From Candidatus Thorarchaeota archaeon (lineage in GTDB: Archaea > Asgardarchaeota > Thorarchaeia > Thorarchaeales > Thorarchaeaceae): a DNA stretch of 11,855 nt. The position numbers and the translations under genes are program-made. Positions 7,755-11,855 of this stretch are shown piece after piece. Every line of letters begins with the position of its first letter. Position 1 is the stretch's first letter. A model generated the notes under the pieces. It had not been told where the DNA came from. It did not search any database and saw nothing but the letters and a program-made list of their open reading frames with translations. Location: assembly GCA_046758445.1 (NCBI GenBank), contig JBHIAE010000075.1:1-11855 (forward strand), read 5' to 3'.

Positions 7755-8117
7755 CTACATCGCACCCATAAGTGCTGCAAGAATGAGATTCGCCAGAGGA
7801 TCGCTCTCGTGGGCGTTACCTATGACCTCGAGACGGCCGTCTTTCATCGTGTCCTTGAAAGGCACCTCTCCAGTGAAGATTCCCAGAAGCGTTTCTGAAC
7901 TGGCCTTATAGATACAGTCTGGACTTGGGTAGATACCATCATGAATGGTCATGTCGTCCTTCGTGATTACCATGTATTGGGGACCTGCCTCAGTATAGAC
8001 CTGCAGAACCTTACCGTCATAAGGTCCGACCCAGTCCTCCAGCATCTTTCTGATGTCTTCCTTCTCCCTCACCTTAGCTATCAGGAACTTGAAGAACTCA
8101 TCAAGTTGTGTAGACAT
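7755..8117 (-). CDS. Stand-alone SCP2 (sterol carrier protein 2) domain lipid/acyl-CoA-binding protein, about 120 aa
   Basis: SCP2 C-terminal signature PDCIYKAS...LLGIFTGEVPFKDTMKDGRLEVIGN. The ATG at 8117 follows GGAGGAG (alternative GTG at 8126). Confidence 0.8.
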   Translation of the reverse strand: MSTQLDEFFKFLIAKVREKEDIRKMLEDWVGPYDGKVLQVYTEAGPQYMVITKDDMTIHDGIYPSPDCIYKASSETLLGIFTGEVPFKDTMKDGRLEVIGNAHESDPLANLILAALMGAM

Positions 8118-8122
8118 ACCAT

Positions 8123-8395
8123 TCACTCCTCCTTCGCCATCCAGTCATCGATGGCCTCCTGCATTGCTGATTCGATGGAAACTGTCCAAATGTTGCCTTT
8201 CCTCTCCTTGACTTTGTCAAGGAATTCGTCATACCGGTCTCCCCCCATCAGGACAACAATTCGACCTTTTCGGTCATCAATGAACGCCTGATGATACATC
8301 TTCTTGGACGTCCAATACTCATGTTCGATGTCGCCTTCTTTCAGTCGAGGGTAGAAGGGCCACTCACCGGTCGGATGCTTTCTGAATTTTGCCAA
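8123..8395 (-). CDS. Hypothetical 90-aa protein with a C-terminal ribbon-helix-helix-like domain
   Basis: TTG start with GGAGGT (8404-8409) 8 nt upstream, tightly packed in the operon. Residues 45-86 read strand (RIVVLM), helix (DRYDEFLDKVKERKG), helix (SIESAMQEAIDDWM), as in archaeal CopG/MetJ-like RHH proteins. This is pattern recognition only. Confidence 0.7.
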   Translation of the reverse strand: MAKFRKHPTGEWPFYPRLKEGDIEHEYWTSKKMYHQAFIDDRKGRIVVLMGGDRYDEFLDKVKERKGNIWTVSIESAMQEAIDDWMAKEE

Positions 8396-8659
8396 CTAAC
8401 TCAACCTCCATTTCTTGACGATGTCCCCCGTTGCCTCGAAGAAGCCTGGTCTGAACGGCCATTGACACACATAGCGGAATCCTTTGACCCCGTCTTTTTC
8501 ACCGCCTGACCATCGTCCAGTGTAGACTCTTGCACCCGTGTTGTGCACAAACTGCATGATCACACACTCGACAAAACCTTCAGGCTTCAGGTTCGCTTCG
8601 TCAGCCAATTCCTTGATCTTCTCAAGGGTTTCTTTGTTGAAATCTACTTCCAAGATCAT
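8396..8659 (-). CDS. Hypothetical 87-aa protein with an N-terminal ribbon-helix-helix-like domain
   Basis: The ATG at 8659 overlaps the nitroreductase stop (TGATG), so the 8701 start is unlikely. Residues 1-38 read strand (ILEVDF), helix (KETLEKIKELADEAN), helix (PEGFVECVIMQFV). Confidence 0.7.
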   Translation of the reverse strand: MILEVDFNKETLEKIKELADEANLKPEGFVECVIMQFVHNTGARVYTGRWSGGEKDGVKGFRYVCQWPFRPGFFEATGDIVKKWRLS

Positions 8660-9420
8660 CACCCCTTCCTGAAGGCCAAGCGCTTGTATGGCTTCCCCCA
8701 TCGTTCCTCGTACATCAGACCCTCCAAAGGTGGTCTGCTAGGTCCGAGAACACGTGGCGATATTCTCTTTCCAATACAGAACGCAGTCAAGGGCGTCCAA
8801 GTTGGCGGGATTCCCAATCTGTCACGAATCAACATTGCATGTCGCGGGTCCGAACAGACTAGAGCCTCATATCCGCAGCCATATCCTAGTTCTGTGGCAG
8901 TAAGCCACATGTTCTGAACGGCCATACCGGCCACTACTGACCCGAACAGTTCGTTCGGATACTGGTAACCCGCATCGTGCCACATTTCGCTTGCACAGAC
9001 GATAATCACGGCATCGCTCTTTTCGGGGTATCGGAAGAGCTCTCCATCCCTCAGCCTCGCGTACACAGCAGCTCGATATGGGTCGCTGATGAACCAGTTC
9101 CTGCCGCTTGTGAGCTCAAACGGAGCCCCGCCAAACGCAGTCTGGGCCATCTCCTGTGCAATGTCGGCCAGGAACACTTTCATGTCCTCATCATCCCTGA
9201 TTACAATGAAACGTATCATGAGCATGTTCTCCGGGCTCGGTGCATGTCGAGCCGCCTCCAGAATCATCTCAATGTGATCGTCAGGCAGCTTCTCGCCAGT
9301 GAATTCGCGGATGGACCGCCTATCTCGGATGAGCTGCAGAGACTGTAACTCCTCCGTAGTCTTGGCGACATCCTCGGTTTCCTCAGCAGCCTTCGACTTG
9401 CCATTAGCATCTGTTGCCAT
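8659..9420 (-). CDS. Nitroreductase-superfamily FMN-dependent oxidoreductase, 253 aa
   Basis: FMN-binding motifs IRDRRSIREF and ILEAARHAPS..N, then AGMAVQNMWLTATELGYG, LGIP...IG and SRPPLE. A strong GAGGTGA SD is present. Confidence 0.92.
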   Translation of the reverse strand: MATDANGKSKAAEETEDVAKTTEELQSLQLIRDRRSIREFTGEKLPDDHIEMILEAARHAPSPENMLMIRFIVIRDDEDMKVFLADIAQEMAQTAFGGAPFELTSGRNWFISDPYRAAVYARLRDGELFRYPEKSDAVIIVCASEMWHDAGYQYPNELFGSVVAGMAVQNMWLTATELGYGCGYEALVCSDPRHAMLIRDRLGIPPTWTPLTAFCIGKRISPRVLGPSRPPLEGLMYEERWGKPYKRLAFRKG

Positions 9421-9424
9421 TAAT

Positions 9425-9431
9425 TCACCTC
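9425..9431 (-). promoter_or_regulatory. Shine-Dalgarno site (GAGGTGA) of the nitroreductase
   Basis: The minus strand reads GAGGTGA-atta-ATG, a canonical archaeal SD. Confidence 0.8.
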
Positions 9432-9474
9432 ATGGTTGTTGTTTAACGCGGGAGTCGCAAACAACACGAGCCAT
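9432..9474. repeat. Imperfect inverted repeat abutting the nitroreductase SD
   Basis: ATGG..TGTTGTTT(9437-9444)..GCG-N5-CGC-AAACAACA(9459-9466)..CCAT. Confidence 0.7.
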
Positions 9475-9721
9475 AAATGTATTCGCTTTCGCATAGAGAG
9501 TCGGCACTTCGTCTAAGCTGTTAGAATGAAACATTGTATCTCTGGGAGGCCAGAGGTTCCGGCAGAGTGATGGACTATATACCACCGCATCTTGTCTAGA
9601 GAACATCCTCAATACTAGCCCAATATTGGCATGAATACACAAGCTGACTTATTCCTGCCTGCCCGAAACACAGATTGGAGTGCATCGCAATCTCCCGGTG
9701 GATGATGTGCTCCGTTCTTTC

Positions 9722-9772
9722 TTGAGTTGGAGCAAGAATGCTCCTTCTCAATCCCATTTTCATCGGATGAAA
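9722..9772. repeat. Two adjacent inverted repeats just downstream of the DRTGG gene (possible terminator/processing hairpins or operators)
   Basis: TTGAG-tt-GGAGCA-agaa-TGCTCC-tt-CTCAA (9722-9751) and TTTCATC-g-GATGAAA (9758-9772). Confidence 0.65.
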
Positions 9773-9779
9773 GCGTTCT

Positions 9780-10844
9780 TCACGGATCGAAGCCGGTAAG
9801 GTCGATTGCCTTTCCCACAATGTTCTGGACTGTTGCCACTCTCTTCTTGTTCTCAGGTGTCACGGTGCCTACCAGACTATCCACCTTTTGTGCTGTTGTG
9901 TAGGTATCGTGGGCAGTCATCATGATTGGGACCCCCAGGTCTTTTGCCCTAGAGAGCGTGCGAATATCAGGACCCATTCCACCGGTCAGGATCAGTAGAT
10001 TCGTGTCTGTTTCGAGGGCAGCTACGCAAATGTCAGACCGATCACCGCTCGTTATTACTGCCTTGTCCTTTGCACGTCTGAACCACTTCAAGGCATTCTC
10101 GGGAGCCATGCTGCCGACCATGAATCTATCAACGAGAAGATCCATTTGATCCTCTCCACTAATCATCTCTCCATTGAGAGCCTTGAGAATGTCCTTGACG
10201 GTCGGACTAAAGAGTTCTCTTCTCTGATAGACTACGCCTAGGAACTTGAGTCCACTGTCTTCAAAGAATGGTCTAATATGCTTCTCCACGGTAGTCTTTA
10301 GCATAGGGGGAACCATGTTCAATATCAGACCTATCTCCTCGATGCCGTGTTGCATGAAGAAATCTCTCTGTAGGAACACCTCATCTATAGCAGTGATATC
10401 AGGAAAGTTGACTAGACAGATGACCGAAGCGTCAAGCATCTTGGCAATCTGAGGAGTCGAGAGTTCGACATGAAGAAGATGCCAAGGTGCTCTCGCACCT
10501 TCTATTACAACGTAGTCATTGCCTTCTGCCACCTTGGCATAGCATTGTTGTATCCTCCCAATCAAAGCGTCGCGTCCGACGCGTATTAACTCGTCATAGC
10601 TTGATTTGGTTCTGACAATGGGACATATGCAGGATACCTCGGCATCTAGGCCAAGCACCTCCTTCATGACCGCCGCGTCTTCATCCACGTCAAGCGACTC
10701 CCTGCTATGCTCAAAGCTCTTGAAGCCAACTGGTTTGAAGTAGCCAACTTTGTGCCCCTTCTTCTGCAACTTGGCTGCAATTGCCAATGCTGCCATGGTC
10801 TTGCCTGAGAGAGTTCCTCCGCTGATCACGATATTCTTAGTCAT
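9780..10844 (-). CDS. Phosphotransacetylase N-terminal-like protein (BioD-like P-loop + DRTGG domain, no catalytic Pta domain), about 354 aa
   Basis: P-loop GGTLSGKT, VGYFKPVG and VVIEGA. The DRTGG domain shows VGSM, VITSGDRSD, LILTGG and HDTY. The ATG at 10844 (MTKNIV) lies 1 nt after the upstream stop and follows GGAGGAG, so the 10937 start is too long. Confidence 0.88.
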   Translation of the reverse strand: MTKNIVISGGTLSGKTMAALAIAAKLQKKGHKVGYFKPVGFKSFEHSRESLDVDEDAAVMKEVLGLDAEVSCICPIVRTKSSYDELIRVGRDALIGRIQQCYAKVAEGNDYVVIEGARAPWHLLHVELSTPQIAKMLDASVICLVNFPDITAIDEVFLQRDFFMQHGIEEIGLILNMVPPMLKTTVEKHIRPFFEDSGLKFLGVVYQRRELFSPTVKDILKALNGEMISGEDQMDLLVDRFMVGSMAPENALKWFRRAKDKAVITSGDRSDICVAALETDTNLLILTGGMGPDIRTLSRAKDLGVPIMMTAHDTYTTAQKVDSLVGTVTPENKKRVATVQNIVGKAIDLTGFDP

Positions 10845-10845
10845 C

Positions 10846-11855
10846 CTACTCTCCTCCAATTGTAATCTTAACATCCACCGCAGACACGCCTTTTCCCCTA
10901 ACATAAGCGAATGCCGGGTTGATATCCAACTCAACAATCTCCTCGAAGTCAGTGACTAGTTGAGAGATCCTCAATATGGTTTCCTCTATAGCCGCAATGT
11001 CACTTGGCTCCTCTCCTCTTACGCCTCCGAGGATGGTCCCCATCTTTGTTTCTCCAATCAGCTCTGATGCGTTTCTTCGAGTCATCGGTGCAAGGCGGAA
11101 AGCCACGTCTTTCACGTAGTTGACGAATATTCCGCCGGCACCGAACATTACCAGCGGTCCAAATTGAATGTCACGAGAGCATCCGATTATGAGCTCCTTG
11201 CCTTTCTCAACCATCTCTTGTACATCGACGCCGTAGATCACAGCCCTAGGCACATGTGTACGTACACTATCAAGAATCTGGAGAAACGCATCTTCTACTT
11301 CTTCTGAATTCTTCAGACCCAAGTGAATACCACCAATGTCGGTCTTGTGCACGATGGCCGGACTCGAGATCTTGAGTACTACAGGATAGCCAAGCTCGTC
11401 TGCGATCTTCTTCGCTTCCTCGGTACTCGTAGCCAGACCTATACGGGCGACAGGAATACCGTATGCCTCCGCGATCTGGTGAGCCTCACTCCCCAGGAGA
11501 ACACGACGTTCGTCGCTTCTCACTCCTTGGATGATTTTCTCAATCCTCTTACGGTCGACCTTGAATCTAGGTGGTTTCTCATCCTTCAGGGAGTCCCTCA
11601 ACACCATGTATCGATATAGCTCTGCGATGGCATTCACTGCACGTCCAGGGAAGTCGAATACAGGGATTCCACCCTCGTTGAGCACCTTTCGGGGATTGGT
11701 CATGGAGTGACCTCCCATGAACACTGCAAGAAGTGGTTTGTGGGGGTACTTTTTGTGTGATTCTACCAGTATCTGTGCAGTCTCGTCTTCCTTCGTCATA
11801 GCTTGAGGAGTCAGTAGCACGAGAAGACTGTCGACATTTTCATCACTTAACGCCG
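10846..11855 (-). CDS. ADP-forming acetyl/acyl-CoA synthetase (fused alpha-beta ACD), C-terminal part; 5'-truncated by the window edge
   Basis: The frame is open to the window end (ALSDENVDSLLVLLTPQ). The ligase-like flavodoxin domain (KPLLAVFMGG, GIPVFDFP) is followed by an ATP-grasp (GYPVVLKISSP, IVHKTDIGG with the conserved His, VQEM, ELIIG..RD.QFGPLVMFGAGG, ELDINP). There is no C-terminal GNAT domain. Confidence 0.92.
   Translation of the reverse strand, partial: ALSDENVDSLLVLLTPQAMTKEDETAQILVESHKKYPHKPLLAVFMGGHSMTNPRKVLNEGGIPVFDFPGRAVNAIAELYRYMVLRDSLKDEKPPRFKVDRKRIEKIIQGVRSDERRVLLGSEAHQIAEAYGIPVARIGLATSTEEAKKIADELGYPVVLKISSPAIVHKTDIGGIHLGLKNSEEVEDAFLQILDSVRTHVPRAVIYGVDVQEMVEKGKELIIGCSRDIQFGPLVMFGAGGIFVNYVKDVAFRLAPMTRRNASELIGETKMGTILGGVRGEEPSDIAAIEETILRISQLVTDFEEIVELDINPAFAYVRGKGVSAVDVKITIGGE

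Noticed and set aside
9640-9670. Minus-strand TTCGGGCAGG resembling the start of an FMN riboswitch upstream of a flavoprotein
   Set aside because: The remaining RFN consensus elements (GAAATTCCCGACCGG etc.) are absent.
9700-9782. Possible SECIS / selenocysteine readthrough of the DRTGG TGA (ATGA...hairpin...GA downstream)
   Set aside because: The AUGA/GA geometry does not fit a SECIS core. The protein is already full length at the TGA, and the readthrough peptide looks random.
9430-9820. ORFs 9430-9642 and 9596-9820 (minus strand) in the long intergenic region
   Set aside because: They have no convincing SD, non-protein-like composition and overlaps with each other and with the DRTGG gene. 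They are probably chance ORFs.
75-11619. Numerous antisense or alternate-frame ORFs of 60-125 aa in the ORF track
   Set aside because: They lie within well-supported genes and read as typical shadow ORFs.
10846-11855. Protein lysine acetyltransferase (Pat/PatZ) as an alternative call for the ACD-like gene
   Set aside because: The protein ends right after the ATP-grasp with no GNAT domain and keeps the HKTD His. An N-terminal GNAT outside the window cannot be formally excluded.
1-11855. CRISPR arrays, tRNA/rRNA, IS elements, integrases or defence genes
   Set aside because: By eye I saw no regularly spaced direct repeats, cloverleaf or rRNA signatures, or transposase/integrase motifs.

Overview
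Gene-dense archaeal window with no mobile elements, CRISPR arrays or RNA genes that I can recognise. The thiolase-DUF35 pair, ADP-forming acyl-CoA synthetase, GGAGG/GAGGTGA ribosome-binding sites and TATA-like promoters point to an archaeon. An Asgard lineage such as Thorarchaeia is plausible, but that is inference only. The window holds three parts. (1) An acyl-CoA/beta-oxidation-type cluster on the minus strand: ADP-forming acyl-CoA synthetase (truncated), a DRTGG/BioD-like Pta-N-terminal protein, then a translationally coupled run of nitroreductase, two small hypothetical proteins, an SCP2 protein and a 3-hydroxyacyl-CoA dehydrogenase, followed by an enoyl-CoA hydratase and an SCP2-type thiolase with DUF35. 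A second enoyl-CoA hydratase lies near the left end. (2) An NAD salvage pair, pncB-pncA. (3) A truncated MBL-fold hydrolase and a 115-aa orphan. The most unusual element is the pair of small genes at 8123-8659. Both look like ribbon-helix-helix proteins, one with the RHH at the N-terminus and one at the C-terminus. They share an FR..WPF-x-P..E..GDI..W motif in mirrored order and sit in the same frame separated by a single TAG. They lie between an atypical nitroreductase and an SCP2 lipid carrier, downstream of a palindrome-rich 360-bp leader. This is a candidate undescribed flavoenzyme/regulator module for lipid or acyl-CoA metabolism.
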